Positions 26,138 to 34,713 of a DNA stretch of 64,000 nucleotides are shown here, piece by piece. Origin of the DNA: a virus; IMG/VR virus record IMGVR_UViG_3300025652_000002; one strand, 5' to 3'. Under the pieces are notes generated by a model. It saw only the letters and a program-made list of their open reading frames with translations. It did no database searches and was not told the origin of the DNA. How positions within the stretch are numbered: the stretch's first letter is position 1; each line of letters begins with the position of its first letter. The position numbers and the translations under genes were made by a program.

Positions 26138-26543
26138 AGCTAAAATTAAAACCAAGGCGACTGGTACTGTTCAGCGCCGTAAAGTCAAACTTCGACCCCA
26201 CCCTGACGACGCTAAGAAGAAGTTCTTTACTCTTTTCAGTGAGGTGAGGGTTGTCTCTGTATTTGGAATTGATGACTTCACAGACGCCCTAATTGAGCAA
26301 GCTTGGAAGAACCCTCAGATTCAGGTGATCTACTGTACAGACCCTAACCAAGACAAGCTTGCGAGTATGAACCGACGCATCGGTGGAAGAAGTTTTTCTG
26401 TCTCCCGTTGGTCTCCCCAGTCAACCTCTGACTTCTTTGCTTACTCGGAGTCTGAAGTAATTGTGGTTGCTAAAAAGCATAGGGAAATGGCAGAGAAGAT
26501 GAACGTCTATAACTTCGAACTAGTATCCTTGGAAGAACTCTGA
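26127..26543 (+). CDS. hypothetical protein (basic N-terminus)
   Basis: ATG start. Confidence 0.5.
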   Translation: MAPKAKIKTKATGTVQRRKVKLRPHPDDAKKKFFTLFSEVRVVSVFGIDDFTDALIEQAWKNPQIQVIYCTDPNQDKLASMNRRIGGRSFSVSRWSPQSTSDFFAYSESEVIVVAKKHREMAEKMNVYNFELVSLEEL

Positions 26544-26761
26544 TGGAAGAAGAAGTAGTTTTCATACCTTACAACCAGAACATGGACTACCTTATCATGG
26601 AGTTTCATAGCCTTAAACGAGACGAAGAAACAAAAGCCCTTGACATTATGATGGTAAGGTACAAGGATAAGCTCTACCCCCTACACTACGACTATCGCTA
26701 CGAGTACTACGTAGGGAACGTAACACACAACAACAAACAAGTAAAAGGATATGTAGTATAA
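26543..26761 (+). CDS. hypothetical protein
   Basis: ATGA overlap. Confidence 0.45.
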   Translation: MEEEVVFIPYNQNMDYLIMEFHSLKRDEETKALDIMMVRYKDKLYPLHYDYRYEYYVGNVTHNNKQVKGYVV

Positions 26762-26988
26762 TGACAAAACAGTATTTAATCTCGTGGAACGCTGGCTACG
26801 GTAATAACTATGATGTAGTAGAAGCGGAGAGCGAAAAGGAAGCAGGAATTATGGCCTACGATGCTTGGAAGGACGAAGCAGAGTCTCAAGCAGACTATGA
26901 TGTTGAAGAGGCTAACTATGGCAATCTAGAAGATTTTGGGTTTGATCCAGAAGATTACGGTTTTACACTTGAAGAAGAAGAAGGATAA
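26761..26988 (+). CDS. acidic hypothetical protein
   Basis: ATGA overlap. Confidence 0.45.
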   Translation: MTKQYLISWNAGYGNNYDVVEAESEKEAGIMAYDAWKDEAESQADYDVEEANYGNLEDFGFDPEDYGFTLEEEEG

Positions 26989-26992
26989 GAAG

Positions 26993-27241
26993 ATGGCTAA
27001 CACAAACAACAACAATACTGGTAGCGGTGTAGGCTTCCTTGGCCTTCTCGCAATCCTCTTTATTGGTCTGAAGCTGGGTGGAGTTATCACTTGGTCTTGG
27101 TGGTGGGTGTTGTCCCCTCTCTGGGGTCCTCTTGCTATCCTTTTGGTCGTCATCTTGAGTTCAGCTTTTATTGCTGGTCTCGTTGCAGGGACAAGGGCTG
27201 TGAAAGGCGAAAAGCAGCGCCGCAAGAATAAGCTCAACTAA
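26993..27241 (+). CDS. small membrane protein
   Basis: ATG 26993. Two hydrophobic helices. Basic tail. Confidence 0.45.
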   Translation: MANTNNNNTGSGVGFLGLLAILFIGLKLGGVITWSWWWVLSPLWGPLAILLVVILSSAFIAGLVAGTRAVKGEKQRRKNKLN

Positions 27242-27257
27242 AGTTTTGGAGAACACT

Positions 27258-27404
27258 ATGGAAGAAGAAAAGAAGGTTTTCTACTGCAAAGACTGTGATG
27301 AAGAAGTAGACGAAGATGGTGATACACTAACTGACTTTGGTTGCTCTTACTGCCCCGTCTACTGTGATACCTGCGGGGATCATGGCTGTGATCAGTCCTG
27401 TTAA
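27258..27404 (+). CDS. small Cys-rich protein (48 aa)
   Basis: Not in the ORF track. YCKDC...CSYCPVYCDTCGDHGCDQSC. Confidence 0.35.
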   Translation: MEEEKKVFYCKDCDEEVDEDGDTLTDFGCSYCPVYCDTCGDHGCDQSC

Positions 27405-27673
27405 TGGACTACTCTGTTGGGGATGGCTACATCTTTGTGGAGAACACACAGGATTGTTTCTATGAAGTTTCCTTTGAGAACTGGTTGGCTCCTTCGCCGA
27501 CTGTTGAGACTGCTCTTGAACACGAAACTTTACAAATGCTAATTGTTCGGGGGTACTTTGATGCCCCCGACGAGGTGTTTATCTTTGACACCGCAACAAA
27601 GGTTTCCTACTACATGTTGGTAGAGGACAAAACAACGGGTACAGTCTGTATCCCTCACCCAATGCTGGGGTAA
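27404..27673 (+). CDS. hypothetical protein
   Basis: ATG overlapping the upstream stop. Confidence 0.45.
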   Translation: MDYSVGDGYIFVENTQDCFYEVSFENWLAPSPTVETALEHETLQMLIVRGYFDAPDEVFIFDTATKVSYYMLVEDKTTGTVCIPHPMLG

Positions 27674-27689
27674 AAGTAAAGGAAGTAAC

Positions 27690-27914
27690 ATGACCGATCG
27701 ACCCAACTGCCACAAATGCAAGTGGTCCAAACAGAGTGTCCTTAACTCCGGCACTCACCACCGAAGCTGTCATTTGAAGATCAAAGACACAGAGTTCTTG
27801 CCTGAAATTAACCTAAGTGAACACGGAATTATGAAGGGGTGGTGTAGTTGGCCTTATGACTTTGATCCAGTTTGGGTCGATCGTTGTACCGCCTTTGAGG
27901 AGAAACTAGGATGA
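27690..27914 (+). CDS. Cys/His-rich hypothetical protein
   Basis: CHKCKW...HHRSCH. Possible Zn binding. Confidence 0.4.
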   Translation: MTDRPNCHKCKWSKQSVLNSGTHHRSCHLKIKDTEFLPEINLSEHGIMKGWCSWPYDFDPVWVDRCTAFEEKLG

Positions 27915-28081
27915 AATACGCAGCAAAGGTATATAGCCCTAATGGTTCTGAATGGATCTTTTGTGTATCCCACTCAAAAAAGGCTTGCAAGAAGCAGTTC
28001 TGTGAATGGTATGCTAACGTTAGTTACGAGGATATCTGCGTTAAGTATATTGAGGTAGAAGTGACGGAGAAACTAAGATGA
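27911..28081 (+). CDS. small hypothetical protein (56 aa)
   Basis: Not in the ORF track. ATGA overlaps both sides. Confidence 0.3.
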   Translation: MKYAAKVYSPNGSEWIFCVSHSKKACKKQFCEWYANVSYEDICVKYIEVEVTEKLR

Positions 28082-28302
28082 ACTACGAAGAATACAAAGA
28101 GGCAGGTAGCCACTACACCTTTATAGACGACAAGTCAGGCTACGAATGTTACCCTCGCTGGCTTGTCCTCCTAGACGTAATGGTCCATCAACCTTCCCAA
28201 ATTACTGAGCCTCTCATGGGTATTGGTAAAGAGGGTCGCCCTGATGAAACGGACGTCCTTGTTTGTTTTGAGCAGCTTAAGAAGAAAGTGAACACACTAT
28301 GA
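28078..28302 (+). CDS. hypothetical protein
   Basis: ATG start. Confidence 0.45.
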   Translation: MNYEEYKEAGSHYTFIDDKSGYECYPRWLVLLDVMVHQPSQITEPLMGIGKEGRPDETDVLVCFEQLKKKVNTL

Positions 28303-28715
28303 CCGTTGAAGGTAAGCCTAACCTCTTCATTGTGAGGGGAGTTCCCGGATCAGGGAAAACCACTTTTGTAAAAAAGTCGAATGTCCAGTGCTTGCATCTT
28401 GAGGCTGACATGTTGTGTTACGTTCAGGGTGCCTACAACTGGCGTCCAGATCAAGTACGTCTTAACCATGAAGCTTGTTGGCAAATCGCTAAGATCACGA
28501 TGGACCGTGGCGCTGACATTGTGATCTCAAACACCTTCACACGTCGTTGGGAGTTTTGTAAATACGTTGACTATGCGGAGTCCCTTGGTTATAATGTTGA
28601 GGTGTACCGCATGATGGGTGACTTTGAAAACACCCACGATGTACCACCAGAAATAGTACAGTCAATGCGAGATCGCTTTGAGGACTTTGAAGGAGAAATT
28701 CGTGTCCAGCTTTAG
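28299..28715 (+). CDS. P-loop polynucleotide 5'-kinase-like protein
   Basis: VRGVPGSGKTTF plus DIVISNTFTRRWEFCKYVDYAESLGYNVEV parallels the T4 Pnk kinase domain (GCPGSGKST ... VIISDTNLNPERRLAW...GWKVE). Confidence 0.6.
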   Translation: MTVEGKPNLFIVRGVPGSGKTTFVKKSNVQCLHLEADMLCYVQGAYNWRPDQVRLNHEACWQIAKITMDRGADIVISNTFTRRWEFCKYVDYAESLGYNVEVYRMMGDFENTHDVPPEIVQSMRDRFEDFEGEIRVQL

Positions 28716-29244
28716 AAACGATATCTGGTTCATTTCAGATACTCACTTTCAACACACTAACATCCTGAAGTACTCTAAGTCTCGTGCTGCGTTGTTCAAC
28801 AATACAAAGCAGATGGATGAGGTGATGATTGATAACTGGAACAAGACTATCAAGCCAGAGGATAAAGTGTATCACCTCGGTGATGTTACTTTTGGGAGTA
28901 AGGAGTACTATGCAGACAACATCCACCCACGGTTGAACGGTAAGAAGCGTTTGATTGTAGGGAACCACGATAACATCAAGTTCTTTGCTGAACGTAACCT
29001 GTTCCAGAAGATCATGTTGTGGCGTGTTTTTAGTGACCCTGAGTACCCGTTCCTGTTTTCTCACGTCCCTGTCTTCCAGAGGGAGATAGATGACCGAGTA
29101 AAACAACCTAACGCCAAGAACATTCATGGCCACTTCCATGATGACCTACCTCCAACAAAGAACCATTTCTGTGTCTGTGTTGAGCAGATTAACTTTAAAC
29201 CTATCCATATTGAGGAAATTAAACATGAAGTGTCCAAACTGTAA
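28702..29244 (+). CDS. calcineurin-like metallophosphoesterase
   Basis: ISDTHFQH, YHLGDVTFG and IVGNHDN motifs. The listed start at 28678 is TTG. GTG at 28702 sits 8 nt after aaggag. Confidence 0.55.
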   Translation: MSSFRNDIWFISDTHFQHTNILKYSKSRAALFNNTKQMDEVMIDNWNKTIKPEDKVYHLGDVTFGSKEYYADNIHPRLNGKKRLIVGNHDNIKFFAERNLFQKIMLWRVFSDPEYPFLFSHVPVFQREIDDRVKQPNAKNIHGHFHDDLPPTKNHFCVCVEQINFKPIHIEEIKHEVSKL

Positions 29245-29515
29245 AGTAGAATTAACCGGAATTATCGACCAAGACGTAGAGGGTAAGATAGATATTAAAC
29301 TGAAAGTTAAACCCAAACTGTCTCAGGTTAAGGTAAAGTCGCAGCCGCTTGGCTTTTACATCTACAAGGGAGAGGGCTTAAATACACGGTATCTTGGCAC
29401 AGACTTAAATTTCCACAAGACCATGATGACAGACTTTACCCCTTATCTATCAAAACCTTACGCTGATAGGTTGGTTGATAATCTGCACAAAAAGGAAAAG
29501 AAGGTTCAACAGTAA
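29225..29515 (+). CDS. Zn-ribbon protein
   Basis: MKCPNCKVEL. ATG 29225 after gagga. Confidence 0.4.
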   Translation: MKCPNCKVELTGIIDQDVEGKIDIKLKVKPKLSQVKVKSQPLGFYIYKGEGLNTRYLGTDLNFHKTMMTDFTPYLSKPYADRLVDNLHKKEKKVQQ

Positions 29516-29805
29516 TGAAAGTCAAAGAGCTAATCAACATCTTAAAGACCCTACCACAGGAGGTAGAGGTGGTTATGCAGTTAGGCCAAGAAGGTAACTA
29601 CTATGAAGCCCTTTGGAGTGAACCCGCTCTCAAAACAGCTGATGGTTACCAAGAAGACGGTTATGGCTATAGTGATTGTATCTTCCGAGACCCTGAACTT
29701 ACTCTCGAAGAATACAACGAAGAAACAGAAATCTTCGATGACCCTTACGAAGTCATGGAAGAGTGGCTTGAGTATGTTGCATCACCAAAAGTGGTTGTGC
29801 TATGA
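29515..29805 (+). CDS. hypothetical protein
   Basis: ATGA overlap. Confidence 0.45.
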   Translation: MKVKELINILKTLPQEVEVVMQLGQEGNYYEALWSEPALKTADGYQEDGYGYSDCIFRDPELTLEEYNEETEIFDDPYEVMEEWLEYVASPKVVVL

Positions 29806-29984
29806 ACGGCCAAGGACAACCACTACCTTTAGTGTCTATCCATCAACAATCAGATGGGTGGCGTATCGAAGTTAACAACCGGAGCTACAGCTGGAATCAC
29901 AACGAACCAGACTTGGGTGTTTTCGCACTACAGGTCTTTCTTTCTGACTTGGGCTTCAACACAGAACTAGTAGAGGAATACTAA
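29802..29984 (+). CDS. hypothetical protein
   Basis: ATGA overlap. Confidence 0.4.
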   Translation: MNGQGQPLPLVSIHQQSDGWRIEVNNRSYSWNHNEPDLGVFALQVFLSDLGFNTELVEEY

Positions 29985-30904
29985 TGGACTATGTAAGATT
30001 TCTTTCACTATCCCGTATGGGAAAGGCTGAGGTTGAGGGGATTGAGGCAGGAACCTGCCACGTTTTCCCTAAGCTAGATGGTACCAATGCCTCCCTATTT
30101 TGGGATGATGCAAACTACGGGTTAGGTGCAGGGTCTCGTAACCGAAAACTCTCTGTTGACGCTGACAATGCTGGTTTCCTGAACCACATGAAGGACCACC
30201 CGACTGCTAACGAGTTGGTAAAGTCTTTCTCCGAGTGGAACATTTTTGGTGAGTGGCTTGTACCCCACAGCCTAAAGAGTTACCGTGAAGAAGCTTGGCG
30301 TCAGTTCTACATCTTCGACGTCTGGGATCAAAACAAAGAGTGCTACCTTCACTACGATGAGTACAACGCTGCTCTTTCCCCTATTCTCCAGTCAGTTCCT
30401 TGCAACGACATTAAGATCATTCCGCCTATGGCGATTGTGACTAATGGTGATGCAATCAAGTTCCAGCATCTTGCTGAACAGAACACCTACATGATTGAAG
30501 ACGGTAAGGGTTGTGGTGAAGGGGTTGTTATCAAGAACTACAGCTATGTCTCTAAGTTCGGTAACTATCAGGCTGCAAAGCTTGTAACAAACCTATTCAA
30601 AGAAGTCAATGCCGAAGCCTTCGGACCTCGTGAGATCAACCAAGAAGTCGTTGAACAACTGATTGCCGAAGCCTACGTAACAAAGGGCCGAGTCGAAAAG
30701 ATTGTTCACAAGATCGAAGATGAAATGGGTCAGAAGTTCGACTCAAAGTCTATTCCACGGCTACTCAACTCTGTCTACCATGACATTATTGTTGAAGAGT
30801 CTTGGGAGTTCATTAAGAAGTTCAAGCAACCAACAGTAAACTATAAACTTCTGCAGCGGTATGTTATCATGCAGATCAAGACAGTATCACAGGAGTTATT
30901 TTAA
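29984..30904 (+). CDS. ATP-dependent RNA ligase, Rnl2-like (possibly a polynucleotide ligase)
   Basis: Motif I FPKLDGTNASL (K-x-D-G-T-N as in Rnl2). Motif IV EGVVIKN. Motif V AAKLV. Confidence 0.55.
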   Translation: MDYVRFLSLSRMGKAEVEGIEAGTCHVFPKLDGTNASLFWDDANYGLGAGSRNRKLSVDADNAGFLNHMKDHPTANELVKSFSEWNIFGEWLVPHSLKSYREEAWRQFYIFDVWDQNKECYLHYDEYNAALSPILQSVPCNDIKIIPPMAIVTNGDAIKFQHLAEQNTYMIEDGKGCGEGVVIKNYSYVSKFGNYQAAKLVTNLFKEVNAEAFGPREINQEVVEQLIAEAYVTKGRVEKIVHKIEDEMGQKFDSKSIPRLLNSVYHDIIVEESWEFIKKFKQPTVNYKLLQRYVIMQIKTVSQELF

Positions 30905-31230
30905 TGGATAAAGCAAAATTCGATGCGGGGCGAATCATCCTAGATGTCCCGATGCAAGAAAACGATGCAGGGGCAGACACGATCGGAGACTATTTAATCC
31001 TACTCGCTGAAGGTGTTTGGATGGGGGGAGAGAGCTTCTCAGGTAAACGTCCCTTCGGTAACTCTGGCTGGCAGGGAGAGGTGTTCTACGCACTCGTTGC
31101 AGAGGGCCAAATTGAAGGAGAGATTGACCCAGAGTATGGTGATATTTTAGACTACGACAAAGATCATGGGAGAAAGCTAATCCTTATGGCCTTCCACGCA
31201 CTATACCACCTAAACAAGGAACTACTATGA
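30904..31230 (+). CDS. hypothetical protein
   Basis: ATGA overlap. Confidence 0.45.
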   Translation: MDKAKFDAGRIILDVPMQENDAGADTIGDYLILLAEGVWMGGESFSGKRPFGNSGWQGEVFYALVAEGQIEGEIDPEYGDILDYDKDHGRKLILMAFHALYHLNKELL

Positions 31231-31394
31231 TGAAAGTATACAAGGCAACAGGATTCTGCCGGGAGTCACTAGATGGGGGTGGTTGGCAAGTTTTTCACTC
31301 GGAGGGTACTATCCGCACAGCAACAGCAAAGCCAATGGAGAAGGATCAGCTATTCTTCATCGATGACTACGGTCGTTGGTGGGTACCAGCATGA
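31227..31394 (+). CDS. small hypothetical protein (55 aa)
   Basis: Not in the ORF track. The listed ORF 31273-31464 is in another frame and looks spurious. Confidence 0.3.
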   Translation: MMKVYKATGFCRESLDGGGWQVFHSEGTIRTATAKPMEKDQLFFIDDYGRWWVPA

Positions 31395-31534
31395 CAGCCC
31401 TAGAAGTGATCAAGGGCATCCTCATCGATCAGGAACCGGGTGCTGGCTACTTTGGTGGTGCTGAAGGCGCAGTCCGCGTACTTCTGCTCACTGTTCTCCT
31501 ACTAACAATCGGACTCCTCTGTCTATTCATCTAA
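31391..31534 (+). CDS. small membrane protein (47 aa)
   Basis: C-terminal hydrophobic helix LLLTVLLLTIGLLCLFI. Confidence 0.3.
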   Translation: MTALEVIKGILIDQEPGAGYFGGAEGAVRVLLLTVLLLTIGLLCLFI

Positions 31535-31552
31535 ATAAAAAGGACTATCCTT

Positions 31553-32470
31553 ATGAAATTCTTTACAAAACTTGCTATCCTCGGCGTTCTCCTGACTTCC
31601 CTCGCTGGTTGTTGGGGTGAAAAAGTAGAAGTTCCACCCGCATCGGTTGGTCTTGTCCTCGGTAAGAATGGTTACCAAGGTGACCTCGTACCACCCTCCC
31701 GTTTCCGCCTGACACCGTGTATCTTTAACTGTGACAAACTAGTTGTTATCGAAGCAGGTGACATCGGTATGGTTGAATCAATGAACGTCCTCATGCCACG
31801 AGACAACCTTGATCTTGGTGTTGACGTGCGCTTTACTCTAGCCCTAAGCCAAGATCGGGGGGAAATCCTCTCTGTCTTTGATCGTGTTGTCCCTACTCGT
31901 TTGAGTGGTGATGGTATCTTCGGTGGAGGTAACTTCGGAACTAACCTCACAATGATCTATGATACCTATGGTAAGGCCGTGGTACGTAACGTTGTACGAT
32001 CGAAACTGTCAGAGTATACTATTGATGAGATTGCCAATAACCAAGGTCGTGTCTCTGAAGAACTACGTCAGGCCGTTGCTTCTGCTCTTGAGAAAACACC
32101 TCTTGAAGTAAAGCAGTTTGGTCTAGCAAGTATCAGCTACCCAACAACAATTACAGAAGCCCGTGAGAGTGCTGCTCGTCGTGAGATTGACATTCAACGT
32201 GCCGATGCTGATGCTCAGGTGAAGATCCGTGAAGCCCAAGCCCGTCTTGAGGTTACTCGTGCTGAACGTGAAGCAGACATCCTTGCTGCCCAGACCATTG
32301 CTGAACAGAACCTCATTCTTGCTAATGGTGTGACACCAGAAGTCCTCCGCTACATGGAACTTGAAGTGATGAAAGAAATGGCCCGTAACAAGAACACTAT
32401 CTTCTTCCCCCTCGATATGATGGGATCAGAAGCCCTTGACTACCGAGTACTGAATACACAAACACAGTAA
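31553..32470 (+). CDS. SPFH/band-7 (stomatin/HflC-like) lipoprotein
   Basis: Lipobox LTSLAGC. Ala/Glu-rich coiled region DIQRADADAQVKIREAQARLEVTRAEREADILAAQTIAE typical of SPFH proteins. Confidence 0.55.
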   Translation: MKFFTKLAILGVLLTSLAGCWGEKVEVPPASVGLVLGKNGYQGDLVPPSRFRLTPCIFNCDKLVVIEAGDIGMVESMNVLMPRDNLDLGVDVRFTLALSQDRGEILSVFDRVVPTRLSGDGIFGGGNFGTNLTMIYDTYGKAVVRNVVRSKLSEYTIDEIANNQGRVSEELRQAVASALEKTPLEVKQFGLASISYPTTITEARESAARREIDIQRADADAQVKIREAQARLEVTRAEREADILAAQTIAEQNLILANGVTPEVLRYMELEVMKEMARNKNTIFFPLDMMGSEALDYRVLNTQTQ

Positions 32471-32617
32471 TGAGAACCTTAGCTCATATCGCTAAAGCTT
32501 GGCTTGCCAAGAGGCGTGTCAATAAGCTAATTGATTTGTGCGGGGAGACGGGGGGTGAGAACTCTCCGTTCTTCGAAGACCTACAGGAAGCGATTAACCA
32601 AGAGAAGGCTTACAAAA

Positions 32618-33001
32618 ATGTTCGGAATTGAGTTCCTATCAACAATGTTTCTTATCCATGCGTTCAAGTCAGCGATTGCTTCCCTCATTATCTGGGGTTT
32701 CCTTCGCTACATCTTGAGCCTGTTTTACTTTGACCTGAGTCACATGTATGACATGGAAGGTGCTGACCCCTACTTCAAGAAGATCATTAACATGTTTGGT
32801 CTTCTGCTGTTCGTTATCCTCTTGTTCTTCGGGACAGTGGGTAACACCCGTATTGTAATTGATCCGGTACAGAACTATGAACTACGTCAGTATCAAGAGA
32901 ACGAAGCCCTGCCTGAGTTTGTTACACCAGAAGAACGGTATGAACAGCTACAGTGGTACACCCCACCTACAAGTGTAACTACGCTCTCTTTGGAACTATA
33001 A
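32618..33001 (+). CDS. membrane protein (possible NfeD-like partner of the SPFH protein)
   Basis: ATG 32618. Two or three TM helices then a soluble C-terminal domain. Position directly after the SPFH gene. Confidence 0.4.
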   Translation: MFGIEFLSTMFLIHAFKSAIASLIIWGFLRYILSLFYFDLSHMYDMEGADPYFKKIINMFGLLLFVILLFFGTVGNTRIVIDPVQNYELRQYQENEALPEFVTPEERYEQLQWYTPPTSVTTLSLEL

Positions 33002-33022
33002 CAAAGGTTAGTGAGTACAACT

Positions 33023-33193
33023 ATGGAAGATTTCGAAACAGTAGCCCTCGATATTGGCTTACTAGAACAGCTTCTTGATGACGGTATCCACTATGGAACC
33101 TTAACTAAGAAGGCTAGGCAAGACCTAGAAACACGAATAGAGGAGTTGAAGCTTTACAAAAAGCAAGGCTCAGTCTTTATACCTCAATTTTAA
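33023..33193 (+). CDS. small hypothetical protein
   Basis: ATG 33023 (the listed start at 33011 is GTG). Confidence 0.4.
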   Translation: MEDFETVALDIGLLEQLLDDGIHYGTLTKKARQDLETRIEELKLYKKQGSVFIPQF

Positions 33194-33203
33194 AGGAGAT
33201 ACC

Positions 33204-33494
33204 ATGAAATCACCTCAACACTACATCCGATATATTTTACAGGCTATTCTAAGACTCTTGCTTATGATCCCTGCCCTCTATATGATGGTTATCGTTTCAG
33301 TCGTCTCAGGAGTGGGCCTTTTTTGCCTTTGGGTGTTTAAAGACCTGATGTACACCCCCAACTACCTCAACTGGATGGATGACTTGGAAGAGTTCTTTTT
33401 CTTGTACCTAACCATTACCCTTTGGACGGTTGGCATTACCCTTAATCCAAGCTTGCTTGAGAAGGGAGTGGGTGGCTATTATGGACGACACTGA
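33204..33494 (+). CDS. small membrane protein
   Basis: Hydrophobic helices. Confidence 0.45.
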   Translation: MKSPQHYIRYILQAILRLLLMIPALYMMVIVSVVSGVGLFCLWVFKDLMYTPNYLNWMDDLEEFFFLYLTITLWTVGITLNPSLLEKGVGGYYGRH

Positions 33495-33696
33495 TAACCC
33501 TTTTGAAATCGTAAACCTACCCGTGTATGTCTTTTTGCTCGTCAAAGGTGACAACCCTAAGAAGCGGGTTGGGACAGTGGTTAGTGGCCACACAAACCTT
33601 ACCTCTGCCGATAAGGCTTTGTACGACCTTGTTCACGAAGAAAGGAACGCCCCTGCAGGGTACTACCGTGTAGAGGTGATCGCTCTTGATCAATAA
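33481..33696 (+). CDS. hypothetical protein
   Basis: ATG 33481 within the listed ORF 33430-33696. Confidence 0.4.
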   Translation: MDDTDNPFEIVNLPVYVFLLVKGDNPKKRVGTVVSGHTNLTSADKALYDLVHEERNAPAGYYRVEVIALDQ

Positions 33697-33742
33697 ACAG
33701 CTTAGACCAATCATCCTACAACACGTCTTGAAGGCACTAGGG

Positions 33743-33913
33743 ATGGCCTCCTTTCTTTGGGTTGCTGTCCTGTTTCCCTTGAAGGCGGCGGCCTTAGTAA
33801 TATCTATCGTTATTGCTGTATCCATACTAATTATTTTAATCGCAGAAACTAACTACGCTTTGAAGGAAAACAGCGTAGAGGACCCTGCAGAAGAAGAGGA
33901 AGAAGAACTATGA
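33743..33913 (+). CDS. small membrane protein with acidic tail
   Basis: The listed start at 33686 is TTG. ATG at 33743. Confidence 0.3.
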   Translation: MASFLWVAVLFPLKAAALVISIVIAVSILIILIAETNYALKENSVEDPAEEEEEEL

Positions 33914-34077
33914 CAGAAGAAAACATGATCGACATTGAAATTAACTACTACGATGGTCTGGTAGGAGCCATTGTTATGGCCCGACACTTTGCACCAGAAA
34001 TGACCTCAGAGGAGGTGATCACTCTCTATGACTCCTTGAGCGAAAAGCAAGAAGAAACCGTAGAAACCGTAGACTAG
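33910..34077 (+). CDS. small acidic protein (55 aa)
   Basis: Not in the ORF track. ATGA overlap. Confidence 0.3.
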   Translation: MTEENMIDIEINYYDGLVGAIVMARHFAPEMTSEEVITLYDSLSEKQEETVETVD

Positions 34078-34124
34078 ACCTTTTAAAAGGAATGGGTGGG
34101 GACTCAACCTTAAAGGATAAACTA

Positions 34125-34562
34125 ATGAAAACTTACATGAAACTCTCACTTGCTGCTCTCGTTGTTGCTTTCGTAGCAGCCTGTACTCCTCCTGTTCAAA
34201 CGATTTGTAAGGACGAGTACATCGATAAGCTTAACCCTTCCGTTCAGGTCTGTTCAGACGTGGCTGTTGGGTGGTCTTACTTTATGCAGCCTACAGTGAC
34301 AACCACGGACGGTGACAATGACCGAGACCTTCCTAAGCTACCTACCGGAACACCTACAGGAGAAGATAATGACGTTCCAGACGAACCGGGAAAAGACACA
34401 ACAGAGGATGACAACACAGAAACCGACGACACCACTACAACAACTCCTGACCGAGTACGCGGAGATAACTCCGATGCTAACGGTAAGGGAGGAAACCGAC
34501 ATGATCGAAATGACTTTACCCATGGCGGCACAGAAGTGGCAGAAGATAAAAAAGATAGTTGA
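34125..34562 (+). CDS. acidic low-complexity lipoprotein
   Basis: MKTYMKLSLAALVVAFVAAC lipobox signal peptide. Asp/Thr-rich repeats. Confidence 0.45.
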   Translation: MKTYMKLSLAALVVAFVAACTPPVQTICKDEYIDKLNPSVQVCSDVAVGWSYFMQPTVTTTDGDNDRDLPKLPTGTPTGEDNDVPDEPGKDTTEDDNTETDDTTTTTPDRVRGDNSDANGKGGNRHDRNDFTHGGTEVAEDKKDS

Positions 34563-34713
34563 GTCCAAACCTGTTGAGGGTTGGCACTACTACGTCCACC
34601 AATCTGAGTGGGACTACCTCGTACTACTTTATGGAGAGGACTGGGTGAACACTCGTTGTGTGCTCATTCAACCTCTTCCCTACTGGGACCAAAATAAGGA
34701 AGAAAACAAATGA
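34522..34713 (+). CDS. small hypothetical protein
   Basis: C-terminal part of the listed ORF 34312-34713 looks globular (WHYYVHQSEWDYLVLLYGEDW). Overlaps the lipoprotein gene 3' end. Confidence 0.3.
   Translation: MAAQKWQKIKKIVESKPVEGWHYYVHQSEWDYLVLLYGEDWVNTRCVLIQPLPYWDQNKEENK

Noticed and set aside
31273-31464. Listed + strand ORF (63 aa, Gln/Ser-rich)
   Set aside because: It is out of frame with two better small ORFs (31227-31394 and 31391-31534) that tile the region with ATGA overlaps. Its composition is atypical.
34312-34520. N-terminal two-thirds of listed ORF 34312-34713
   Set aside because: It overlaps the lipoprotein gene in another frame and has a poor, Thr/Gln-rich sequence. Only the C-terminal third (from about 34501) looks like a real protein.
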